Below, piece after piece: positions 18,293 to 26,156 of a stretch of DNA of 34,501 bases. Both the position numbers and the translations under genes were made by a program. Position 1 is the stretch's first letter. Every line of letters starts with the position of its first letter. Below the pieces are notes generated by a model. That model saw only the letters and a program-made list of their open reading frames with translations. It did no database searches and was not told where the DNA came from. Source of the stretch: a virus (Duplodnaviria; Caudoviricetes); IMG/VR virus record IMGVR_UViG_3300030392_001937, positions 1 through 34,501 of that record; one strand, written 5' to 3'.

Positions 18293-19717
18293 TCATTTAT
18301 CTACTCCTGCCATGTCGGCACGGAGGGCGAGTCGGTCGGACTTACGTTTCGCCATCATCTTAGCACCGTTACTGCGTTTGGGCGATATCCCATCGACTTC
18401 GGCCTGTGTCGGGACGTACCTATTGGACCGGCCGCCCAGGCGGTTAGGCTCGACTCTACGGGGTCCTGCGCAGGCGCTCAGGCCTAACGCGACGGCAAAT
18501 ATGTAGTCGTCGTGCTCACCGCGGGGCACTTGGAGCCGGAACGTCCCGCCGGGCATCCTGCGCATCTGCATCGCCCTGAGCTGCCTCATAAGCGGCCGTA
18601 TTGGTGGAAACGAGACGGTATTGCGTGCGATGGCGCCGGCGAGCCGGTTGAGCATGTCCATACGACGCTCCCCCACGATGGCAAACGGCTCCACCGGCAG
18701 ATGTGTGGTAGCGAGGTCTTCTTCCACCCCTTTGCCGCCACCGGAGGACGCATCGAACACCAGTCGTTTGAACCCCCACTCCTCATGGATCTGGAGGATG
18801 GTCTCTCTCGTCCGTACCCACGAGTAGGTCGTATCCCATTCCCAGTGGGCCACGATCTTCCTCTCATGGAGGTCGAACATCACCATAACGGACGGGTCGT
18901 TGGTCCAGCCGATGTCCAGGCCCGCGACGTACTCTCTGCCTGGGACGGGCATATCGAGCAGGTCCCCGGCGATGCACTGGTCGATGCCCTGGAAGAAGTT
19001 AGCGTTGTCGCTGACACGGGCCAGGTAGAGTCTCTCCCAGGCCGCGACGGACAGGATCTCCTTATCAGACTCTATTTCCTCGAGGTCGGTAGGAGTCAGC
19101 AGCGGGTTCTCGAAGGTAGGCGCCGTCTTGGCGAAGTGGGCCGGGTTGCGCGAAGCCTCCGTATAGGCTCGTTCAAACCAGTGCTCCGGGTAGGTGGACG
19201 GGATGCCCTCGAAATACTGCCAGCCCAGCACCCCCGGGCTTCTGCTCACCGGCAGGACCTTCTCGAACGCCTCGTTGGTGACGTCCTGGGCCTCACAGAC
19301 CCACAGGTAGTCGATCCCGGTAGTCTGAAGGGTATCGGAGTTAAAGGCGCTTTTGACCTCTACGTACCCGTTGCGGTGCTGCCAGTTGGCGTTCCCACGA
19401 AGCCAGAAGGTCCACTCGGACGGTTGCTCCTTGATGCGCCACTCTCGGGGTATGAGCTCGGCCATCTCGTTCCAGGACTGACGGGCCTGGGGATAGTCCG
19501 GCACAACGAGCCAGGCGTGGAAGGGGGGAACCATCGACTCGGGGCGCGGCTGGGCCAAAACGGTCTGGTACGCCGCCATCATGTCTCCGATGGCGAACCT
19601 TGTCTTGCCCCACCGGCGGCCGATCTTGGCCACGATGCGCCGCGCCCCGTCGGCCCGTGCCTGATGCATGAGGGCCTGCCCGTCATGTGGCACGTATTTA
19701 AGCTGGGGGGTCGGCAT
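18293..19717 (-). CDS. terL: Terminase large subunit
   Basis: PHDGQ adenine-binding motif, Walker A GRRWGKT, Walker B variant YLWVCE, nuclease motifs GLDIGWTND, FDASSGG and HDDYIFAVAL. Confidence 0.93.
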   Translation of the reverse strand: MPTPQLKYVPHDGQALMHQARADGARRIVAKIGRRWGKTRFAIGDMMAAYQTVLAQPRPESMVPPFHAWLVVPDYPQARQSWNEMAELIPREWRIKEQPSEWTFWLRGNANWQHRNGYVEVKSAFNSDTLQTTGIDYLWVCEAQDVTNEAFEKVLPVSRSPGVLGWQYFEGIPSTYPEHWFERAYTEASRNPAHFAKTAPTFENPLLTPTDLEEIESDKEILSVAAWERLYLARVSDNANFFQGIDQCIAGDLLDMPVPGREYVAGLDIGWTNDPSVMVMFDLHERKIVAHWEWDTTYSWVRTRETILQIHEEWGFKRLVFDASSGGGKGVEEDLATTHLPVEPFAIVGERRMDMLNRLAGAIARNTVSFPPIRPLMRQLRAMQMRRMPGGTFRLQVPRGEHDDYIFAVALGLSACAGPRRVEPNRLGGRSNRYVPTQAEVDGISPKRSNGAKMMAKRKSDRLALRADMAGVDK

Positions 19718-20249
19718 TGGGCTTAGGCCCCTTCTTCTCAGGGGGATGCGGCGCCCACGGGAGCCCCAGGTCGGTCAGGGCACCTCCCGCCGCGTCTTCC
19801 TGCTCGGCCTTGGGATCTCCCGTGCCGACCAAAGCCTTCTGCTTGAGAAACGTCCCCAACACCCACCGGGCCGTCTCCATACGAACCTTCTCCATCGCGG
19901 GCTTGGTTGGCCGGGGGGCGTTGATCATGTCGTAAATCTCGTCATACGCCAGCCGGGCCAGGTCGTCTATCTCAACGATCCTACCCGGTACCCGTCCCGC
20001 CTCTCGGGCCTGGACCGCCCGTTTGAACACCGGGTCGCCGTAAATCTCCTTGTTAATGTACCCAATAGACGTCCCTATCTCACGAGCCGTCTGCGCCCTG
20101 CTCGGCCACTTAGGCCGCGCCCACAGAAACTTCCGTTTGGTCGGCGAAAGCCGGTCCCACCCATCAATCTCCTCGAGCAACGTGGGCTCGTCCCCAAGAA
20201 CCCTCCTCCCATTAACAGCCTGGGGAACCTGAGCTAGTTCCACACCCAC
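19698..20249 (-). CDS. Putative terminase small subunit (HTH)
   Basis: Overlaps the terL start; strong AGGGAGGAGG RBS; HTH-like SRAQTAREIGTSIGYI followed by a helical region. Confidence 0.6.
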   Translation of the reverse strand: MGVELAQVPQAVNGRRVLGDEPTLLEEIDGWDRLSPTKRKFLWARPKWPSRAQTAREIGTSIGYINKEIYGDPVFKRAVQAREAGRVPGRIVEIDDLARLAYDEIYDMINAPRPTKPAMEKVRMETARWVLGTFLKQKALVGTGDPKAEQEDAAGGALTDLGLPWAPHPPEKKGPKPNADPPA

Positions 20250-20401
20250 GCCTCCTCCCTAAACCCGGCCACACTGTATCGCACCCCGTACCGCTCCAAC
20301 CCTCGCGCCCTCACCGTCACCCTTCCCCTCCTCCCATGAGCGTGCCGCGTCCGCTGGAACATGCACTGCTCGTCATTGCACTCAGACCCGTTAGCCCTCA
20401 T
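20234..20401 (-). CDS. Small Cys/His hypothetical protein
   Basis: MRANGSECNDEQCMFQRTRHAH...; overlaps both neighbours. Confidence 0.4.
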   Translation of the reverse strand: MRANGSECNDEQCMFQRTRHAHGRRGRVTVRARGLERYGVRYSVAGFREEAWVWN

Positions 20402-20846
20402 TATCGTCAGTTTTGTCAGTTTTGTCGGTGGCATTCCCACCCGTTCCTGAACAAAAAGAGAACGAGCCAGGCAACTCGCCAGAATTGTCAGTTCTGTCAG
20501 TCGCACCGGCGGCCCCGGGAAGAGAAAACCTAGATACGACTATAGGAGTCCTCTCACCCACCCAACTACCCTCAGTATTGAAACTGAAATACTCCTCGGC
20601 CTCATCGTAAGGGTCCTTATCCCCCACAGGGATGTCCCGGAACTCTTGAGCCAATGCCTCAATACACCTCTCCCTATCGTAGATCGCCACCGGAACTTGG
20701 TTTATCCGCTGCCCTACCCCCATGAACCCCTCGTCTAAAGAATCCCCATGAGCTTCACCAAACACCACAATCTCCTCGTCAGGAAACCGCTCCCCACAAA
20801 ACTCATCCATAGCCTTGCGTAGACCCGTCTTACTGCGCTCAGCCAT
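20391..20846 (-). CDS. Conserved-type phage hypothetical protein
   Basis: AAGGAGG RBS before ATG 20846; LDEGFMGVG...VAIYDRERCIE...EAEEYFSFNTEGSWVGERTPI is a recurrent phage pattern. Confidence 0.75.
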   Translation of the reverse strand: MAERSKTGLRKAMDEFCGERFPDEEIVVFGEAHGDSLDEGFMGVGQRINQVPVAIYDRERCIEALAQEFRDIPVGDKDPYDEAEEYFSFNTEGSWVGERTPIVVSRFSLPGAAGATDRTDNSGELPGSFSFCSGTGGNATDKTDKTDDNEG

Positions 20847-21060
20847 CCCCAACCTCCTTTATCCCAACAGAAACGCTACGCTTTTTACTGTCACTGCTGA
20901 CATCGGGGTCATCCAATAGCCGCTCCACACCTTCGCCACCACGTGCATGGGCCACAACAGTAACCGTGACAGTAGCGTCAGTAACGACCCTGCGGCCCCA
21001 ATTACCGTCACGGCCATCAACCCCTATGGCACCATCCCAAACCTCCTCCTCTAAAGGGAC

Positions 21061-21185
21061 CGCCCAAGGGGCATCCCCCTGGGCTGTCCCTTTCCTCCAC
21101 CAAATCCTTTCGCGTCAAGTTGGAATTGAGGGGGACCAACGCTAAAGGCTTGCGCCCAAGGGTACCCCCCCTTGGGCTGTCCCTT
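21061..21185. repeat. Imperfect ~32-bp direct repeat pair, each copy a hairpin
   Basis: CGCCCAAGGGGCATCCCCCTGGGCTGTCCCTT (21061-21092) and CGCCCAAGGGTACCCCCCCTTGGGCTGTCCCTT (21153-21185). Confidence 0.85.
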
Positions 21186-21401
21186 AGAAAGTGCCCGATG
21201 TCGTCGCCCCCGAGAGCTTCTTCTGACCCGCCCAATATAGAAGGTTCAGGAATTCGGAAACTCTCGGAACCACCTACTATCCCACCGACAGAACCGACAG
21301 AACCACATACCATTCTCGCCGAAACCACTTTGCTATATACAGTTCTCGCGAGGGGTGACATCCACGATAAGAGGGGGCGCCTCACCGCAACAGGCCCCCG
21401 C

Positions 21402-21473
21402 GTATAGGGCACGGTCCCTAATGCATCGCCGTGGTATAAGGCACGGTCCTCTGTCGGTATAAGGCACGGTCCT
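21402..21473. repeat. Three iteron-like direct repeats GTATA(A/G)GGCACGGTCC
   Basis: Copies at 21402-21417, 21433-21450 and 21456-21473; the last two are identical over 18 bp. Confidence 0.9.
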
Positions 21474-21943
21474 TTGAGACTCGGCGCTGCCCTAGCTCTA
21501 GGCCTTGGGCTGTAGGCTAGGGCCCAAGGCCTCAGTCTGGCAAGGGCCTAGGGCCTAGGTCTGGCGGAGGCTTATGAACCACAAACCTAAGACACCAGCC
21601 GCCATCCTACGGCGCCGCTATGTTGCCTACTGATACCGGGGGGGGTTGTGTTGGGGGCCTGGTGGCGGTTGCCTGCGCCCCTTCCCACCATGTATTTGTT
21701 TTGGCGCGCTGTGTTCGCGCCGCCCTCGCCGTCGAAGAGCTATTGATTGTGCCCGGCCGGTATCTTATGACGTCCGGCGTCCAAGGCCGGCTTAAGGTCC
21801 CTTCCGAGCGCAGGGCTCCGGACGACCAATGGTGGCGGTATGGGGTGCGGTGTATGTCCGCCCTATCCTACACCGCACTACGAATCGCCGTCAATGTCCA
21901 GAGAATCCGAATCAAATTGCCCAAATCACCTACGGCCTAGGGG

Positions 21944-21973
21944 TTGACAGAGCTTGAACCTAGGCTTTAGGAT
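21944..21973 (+). promoter_or_regulatory. Sigma70-like early promoter
   Basis: TTGACA-N18-TAGGAT upstream of the first plus-strand gene. Confidence 0.75.
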
Positions 21974-22034
21974 ATCCCACGTAATGGGCCGAAACAGCAC
22001 GCAGCACCGCGCACCGATCAACAGGAGGGACAGC

Positions 22035-22229
22035 ATGAAGGTCGGCGAGATGCACTTTCGCGATCCACAAGTAGCTTTCGATCACGCTATCAAGGTTGGC
22101 GCGTTCGGGGTGACGCGCAACGGCAACCACAAGTACGCTGGAGATTATATGTATATGTATTCCGATCCAGGCACCGACTACTTCAAACACCACGACACGC
22201 GCAAATACGTGACGGTCCCGCATAGCTAA
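22035..22229 (+). CDS. Early hypothetical protein
   Basis: AGGAGG RBS before ATG 22035; YAGDYMYM...FKHHDTRKY. Confidence 0.75.
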   Translation: MKVGEMHFRDPQVAFDHAIKVGAFGVTRNGNHKYAGDYMYMYSDPGTDYFKHHDTRKYVTVPHS

Positions 22230-22263
22230 GCGCCGCGCACTATTCAAGCTGGAGGAACACACC

Positions 22264-22623
22264 GTGACTACCTGGACAGACGCCGACTATATCCGGACCG
22301 TGCAAGGCATTGCGCAAGACGCTATAGACGAATATCCCAACGCCGTCGAAGATAATCCAGACCCTGATAATGAGTCGTGGGACGCAGCCCAAATTGTGGA
22401 ATATCGCCAGGACTACGTGAGCGAATCCGTGGATGGCAGTGAATACGTCATCTACTACGCCGCCAACGAGATTGTACTTCAGGCGACACAAAACGAGCCC
22501 GACGGCGCCGAAGTGCGCGCACTGAGCGCCGACGATGCCGATTGGCGCGCTATGCGCGCCCTCGCCGCCTACATGGCCATGGAAGCCGACGTCCATGCCG
22601 AGATAGACCGCATCGCCAACTAG
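22264..22623 (+). CDS. Acidic early hypothetical protein
   Basis: GGAGG RBS, GTG start; 119 aa, strongly D/E-rich. Confidence 0.75.
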   Translation: MTTWTDADYIRTVQGIAQDAIDEYPNAVEDNPDPDNESWDAAQIVEYRQDYVSESVDGSEYVIYYAANEIVLQATQNEPDGAEVRALSADDADWRAMRALAAYMAMEADVHAEIDRIAN

Positions 22624-22656
22624 CACGCCGCGCACCATTCAAGCTGGAGGAACACC

Positions 22657-23139
22657 ATGAACACAATCGAACGCGGGACGCGTGTCGACGTATACCGCAA
22701 TCTGCACAACGGCACGTGGTCCGTGCGCGATTGCCAAACTGGACGCGTCATAGCCCACATGGACACGTGCTCAATATATGACGCGGAGTTAGTGGTCCAA
22801 CCCGCTGGACGCCGCCGCGTGTTGCGCGAGGGCCGTAAGAACGTTCACGCATTCGCACGTGGGTACATACACAACCCCGCGCCGTCCTGGACGCTACTGA
22901 AGCGGTATATGCGGAAGATAACATACAACCCCTACAAAGCGGCCTCTTTCACGTATGCCGACGATGGCGGAGCTATCCATAATGCCGATATCGTTGCGCT
23001 GGGACCAGAGGGTGTTCATGTGTACCAGCACCGCTCTGATGGCGATCCGGCAATGGTACCGCTGGACGTTTGGCGCGCACTATTAGAGGCATCCTCGCAG
23101 AAGGAAATAGCCAAGGCCCACCGCCGCATCGCCAACTAG
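22657..23139 (+). CDS. Conserved-type phage hypothetical protein
   Basis: VYRNLH...WSVR...GRVIAH...GRRRVLREGRKNVHAF...ITYNPYK is a recurrent phage family; GGAGG RBS. Confidence 0.8.
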   Translation: MNTIERGTRVDVYRNLHNGTWSVRDCQTGRVIAHMDTCSIYDAELVVQPAGRRRVLREGRKNVHAFARGYIHNPAPSWTLLKRYMRKITYNPYKAASFTYADDGGAIHNADIVALGPEGVHVYQHRSDGDPAMVPLDVWRALLEASSQKEIAKAHRRIAN

Positions 23140-23170
23140 CACGCCGCACACTATCAAGGGAAGGAACACA

Positions 23171-24058
23171 ATGATCACGCTAAATAGTATCGTACGCGAC
23201 CTGGCGCAACGCCTACCACAGCCACAGACCATACGCTTGAATGGCACAAGTGATATCGAATTACTCGACGCACAACTACGCGCCGAGGTGATTCGACAGG
23301 TGAAGGACGGCACGCGCGTACCTGGATACCTACTAGGTGTCGGCCTGGACGCGAAAAGTGTGAAGGGTGAACAGTACCACTACGTAACCGGTATGCAATA
23401 TCTCACGCCTGCCGATGGTAGCGGCGTAGCTAATCTATGCGCCTATGCATCCCCTGGGTGCAAGTTCGCTTGCCTAAACACCGCTGGCCATGGTGATCCT
23501 CGCATGGGCGACGTTGTCCAGCTAGCACGGCTCACACGCACGGCGTACTGGCAGTATCAACGCAGCGCATATTGGACGCAACTGATTAAAGAAATTGACG
23601 CCTTGATACGCAAGGCCAAGCGCAAAGGCATGATCCCGGTAATCCGTTTGAATGGCACAAGCGATATCGTGTGGGAGCGCACCCGCGTAGTTGTAGACGG
23701 CGTCACCCTCGCGTCTAACATCATGGCGCTATATCCACACATACAATTCTATGACTACACAAAATGGCCATTCAACAAGCGCGAAACGCTGCCGTCTAAC
23801 TATCATCTCACGTTCTCACGGTCTGAGGACAACCACGCCGAAGCTATGCACAATCTGGCCATGGGCCGTAGCGTTGCCGTAGTGTTCAACACAAGAAAAG
23901 GTCAACCGTTGCCGGAATCCTGGAATGGATACCAGGTGATAGACGCCGACATCTCCGACCTACGCTTCCTGGACGCCAACGGCGTCATATGCGGACTGCG
24001 CGCCAAGGGATACGCCAAACACGACGACTCGGGGTTCATAGTCGAAGCGTCCAACTAA
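23171..24058 (+). CDS. GP88-like (radical-SAM-type Cys motif) protein
   Basis: NLCAYASPGCKFACL, IRLNGTSD, FYDYTK, YHLTFSRSE, VAVVF, SDLRFLD and GLRAKG motifs. Confidence 0.8.
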   Translation: MITLNSIVRDLAQRLPQPQTIRLNGTSDIELLDAQLRAEVIRQVKDGTRVPGYLLGVGLDAKSVKGEQYHYVTGMQYLTPADGSGVANLCAYASPGCKFACLNTAGHGDPRMGDVVQLARLTRTAYWQYQRSAYWTQLIKEIDALIRKAKRKGMIPVIRLNGTSDIVWERTRVVVDGVTLASNIMALYPHIQFYDYTKWPFNKRETLPSNYHLTFSRSEDNHAEAMHNLAMGRSVAVVFNTRKGQPLPESWNGYQVIDADISDLRFLDANGVICGLRAKGYAKHDDSGFIVEASN

Positions 24059-24110
24059 CAGGCGAGCGAAGCGCCGAGCACTAGTAGTGACGACACATGG
24101 GAGAACCATC

Positions 24111-24590
24111 ATGAGACCATCGGTACGACGACCGCTTGCATACGCCCTGGACGCCGCCAGCCGGGGCGCGGCGCTGGCCTATGACGCATACGCCGCCGAA
24201 CACTACCGCGCACCCGCCTACGCCGTGGTTGAGAACGCCGCCGTGGTTGACACGCTCAACGACGTTTGCGGGTTCGCCTCGGTCCACGTGGATAACTCCA
24301 GGCGCAACGGCGCACCAGGTGCGAAGCTCATATCCGCGTTCAGGGCCGGGGGGGAAGCCCATAGCTACAATCCCGAATGGACCATAACCACGCCCACGGC
24401 CACGTATCGGCTGCGGAAGTCCAGCTACACCGGACGCGCCGCCGTGGGTAGCCCCTGGACCATCTCCGGGGGGTTCGCGAGCTACGGCAACGGCGCTATG
24501 GGCGCGGCTGGGGCCTCCGCCCATGAGTTCTGTAAGACCCTCGCCGCACATGGCTACTTTGGCTGCACATCGTCCACTCGCATTGATTAG
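24111..24590 (+). CDS. Phage hypothetical protein (CGFA...RID type)
   Basis: GGAG RBS before ATG 24111; VCGFASVHV and C-terminal TRID. Confidence 0.65.
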   Translation: MRPSVRRPLAYALDAASRGAALAYDAYAAEHYRAPAYAVVENAAVVDTLNDVCGFASVHVDNSRRNGAPGAKLISAFRAGGEAHSYNPEWTITTPTATYRLRKSSYTGRAAVGSPWTISGGFASYGNGAMGAAGASAHEFCKTLAAHGYFGCTSSTRID

Positions 24591-24633
24591 CGCCAGGGGC
24601 CAGAAGATCAGAAAATATCCGGGTCCGCAAGGC

Positions 24634-24663
24634 TTGACAAGCGTTTCTCCCGTATGAGACCAT
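24634..24663 (+). promoter_or_regulatory. Possible early promoter
   Basis: TTGACA at 24634 inside the GCTTG-A-CAAGC palindrome; weak -10 (TG-A-GACCAT) at N18. Confidence 0.45.
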
Positions 24664-24718
24664 GCCTTGTGATGGATCGAAATGGGACGCCTAGCGGCCA
24701 AACTAAACGGAGGTCGAA

Positions 24719-24904
24719 ATGCTCTACAACGTAAGGGACATGAAGAAGTTCACAGGATACGGCCCCGGCTGGAATCGGTGTGAGTGCGGTCTGCCGCTGA
24801 AACGGACGAAGGCTGACAACCTCGTCCATCTGCACGGCCAGCACAGCCAGCGGGCGCATGACCTGGTGATGCGAAAGAAGGCCGAGGCCGCAGCCAGGGC
24901 ATAG
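24719..24904 (+). CDS. Small Cys/His hypothetical protein
   Basis: GGAGG RBS; CECG...HLHGQH...H. Confidence 0.65.
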   Translation: MLYNVRDMKKFTGYGPGWNRCECGLPLKRTKADNLVHLHGQHSQRAHDLVMRKKAEAAARA

Positions 24905-24973
24905 ACGGCTGAGAGGCCGGCACCCAACCACCATAGCGCCTGGGGCCAGGGGCGAAACTGGCCGGAGGTCGAA

Positions 24974-25177
24974 ATGCTCTACACCGTATCGGATATCGCG
25001 CTCGATTATGAGCCCGGCGAGGAGATCGTCGGGACCGTGGAGGCCGATTCGCCCGAGGAGGCCATCGTCGCCGCCCTCCAGGCGATCTCGCCCACCTATG
25101 TGGCCGACATGATCCGCTCAGACCCCGACGGCGTTGCCAAATACATCCTGCCCGACTACGTGGCCTCACCCGCGTAG
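24974..25177 (+). CDS. Small acidic hypothetical protein
   Basis: GGAGG RBS; TVEADSPEEA motif. Confidence 0.7.
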   Translation: MLYTVSDIALDYEPGEEIVGTVEADSPEEAIVAALQAISPTYVADMIRSDPDGVAKYILPDYVASPA

Positions 25178-25185
25178 TCGGTGCA

Positions 25186-25267
25186 CCCCATAACGGCTGA
25201 GAGGCCGGGGCCGCGTGGCCCCGGTGTAAAGCCCCCGGCTGGGTCTCAAGGCCAGCCAAATATAGGG
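25186..25267 (+). ncRNA. Candidate twister ribozyme, circularly permuted (P5-type)
   Basis: P2 GGCU/AGCC; GA-GAG; P1 GCCGGGGCC/GGCCCCGGU; UAA; P4 GGCUGG/CCAGCC; loop U-CUC-AA-GG; pseudoknots CUC:GAG and GG:CC; imperfect P5 CCCCAUA/UAUAGGG. Confidence 0.6.
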
Positions 25268-25280
25268 CGGGAGAAGGGAC

Positions 25281-25385
25281 ATGGTAGAGGCTATGGCGGA
25301 GATCCGGATGCTGATCGAGGCCGGGCTGATGACCGAGGCAGAGGCTAGCCGAGTCATAGCTAGACTGGAGGAGGTGGAGCTATGA
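25281..25385 (+). CDS. 34-aa peptide
   Basis: MVEAMAEIRMLIEAGLMTEAEASRVIARLEEVEL; purine-rich RBS; ATGA-coupled to the next gene; below the ORF-track size cut-off. Confidence 0.5.
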   Translation: MVEAMAEIRMLIEAGLMTEAEASRVIARLEEVEL

Positions 25386-25750
25386 GCTCCACGCCAGGAC
25401 CGTGGACGATTGACCACCAGCGGATAGGGCCGCCCGGAGAACCCGTGGCGCTGCTATGTGATGTGCATGATCCGATGAGCGGCACGGTGATCGACTGGCC
25501 TAGAGGCGATGACTCTGGCACCGCAATGTCGATTGATGACGCCGAAAACGAGGGCAACGCACGGCTGATCGCAGCATCACCCGATCTCCTCGCCGCCCTG
25601 AAGGCTCTATTGGACTCCATCGACGGCGTGGACTTCACTGTCCTCTCGGATCAGCCAGATGACGACTCTGGACTAACCTATGACCAGATACCGTGGGCGC
25701 AAGCCGAAGCCGCCATAGCCAAGGCCACCAACGGCCAGGAGGAGAAGTGA
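25382..25750 (+). CDS. Phage hypothetical protein (TPGPW...NARLIAA family)
   Basis: STPGPW, NARLIAASPDLLAAL and AAIAKA motifs; GGAGG RBS. Confidence 0.8.
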   Translation: MSSTPGPWTIDHQRIGPPGEPVALLCDVHDPMSGTVIDWPRGDDSGTAMSIDDAENEGNARLIAASPDLLAALKALLDSIDGVDFTVLSDQPDDDSGLTYDQIPWAQAEAAIAKATNGQEEK

Positions 25751-25917
25751 TGCCTAAATTCCGAGTGACAACCCAACGCACACAGGAGGTCGTATGGCTC
25801 ATAGACGCTAACTCTGAAGAGGATGCAGAAGAATACCACGGCGAAGGCGAGATAATCGAAGAGAATTACGGCACGTTCACCCTGACACGGGCCACCGTAG
25901 AGGAGGAGGAGCTATGA
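25750..25917 (+). CDS. Small acidic hypothetical protein
   Basis: TGATG-coupled start MPKFRVTT; IDANSEEDAEE. Confidence 0.7.
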   Translation: MPKFRVTTQRTQEVVWLIDANSEEDAEEYHGEGEIIEENYGTFTLTRATVEEEEL

Positions 25918-26156
25918 CCGATCTGACAGCGGACCTGGAATTCGTGACTGATGGACGCGGCACGGGGTGCCGAATCGTGTCCGACCTCGCGTTTTTCGAC
26001 GAGGTCCGGGACGGCGAATCTGCGGACGGTTGCGTGATCGAATTCGATCACCCGTTGGCCTACCTGGAGGACGAGGAGATCCTAGAGATAGCCGAGCGAA
26101 TCAAGGCGTATCAAGCCGCAATCGCCAAGGCCCCCGGCCAGGAGGAGACCGCTTGA
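25914..26156 (+). CDS. Hypothetical protein
   Basis: GGAGGAG RBS; ATGA overlap. Confidence 0.7.
   Translation: MTDLTADLEFVTDGRGTGCRIVSDLAFFDEVRDGESADGCVIEFDHPLAYLEDEEILEIAERIKAYQAAIAKAPGQEETA

Larger units (their letters stand above)
22231..23170 (+). repeat. Repeated gene-junction elements carrying the RBS
   Basis: 22231-22260 and 22626-22655 are 29/30 identical; 22608-22631 and 23124-23147 are 24/24 identical. Confidence 0.9.

Noticed and set aside
6211-19726. Long plus-strand ORFs (6211-7059, 6792-7913, 17253-18212, 18512-19726)
   Set aside because: Antisense shadows of well-supported minus-strand genes in GC-rich DNA; no recognisable motifs.
21402-21473. Mini-CRISPR array
   Set aside because: Repeats are only 16-18 bp with 5-15 bp gaps, too short for spacers; no cas genes seen.
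21017-21940. ORFs 21017-21412 (-), 21120-21407 (+) and 21620-21940 (+)
   Set aside because: They cross repeat and low-complexity DNA, lack convincing RBSs and have no protein-like motifs.
24909-24975. Hammerhead ribozyme (CTGAGAG...GAAAC)
   Set aside because: The core lacks the CUGANGA spacing and I could not build the three stems; the 5' part is better explained as the duplicated twister strand.
25237-25257. tRNA T-arm-like hairpin
   Set aside because: No cloverleaf around it; no tRNA gene was recognised anywhere in the window.
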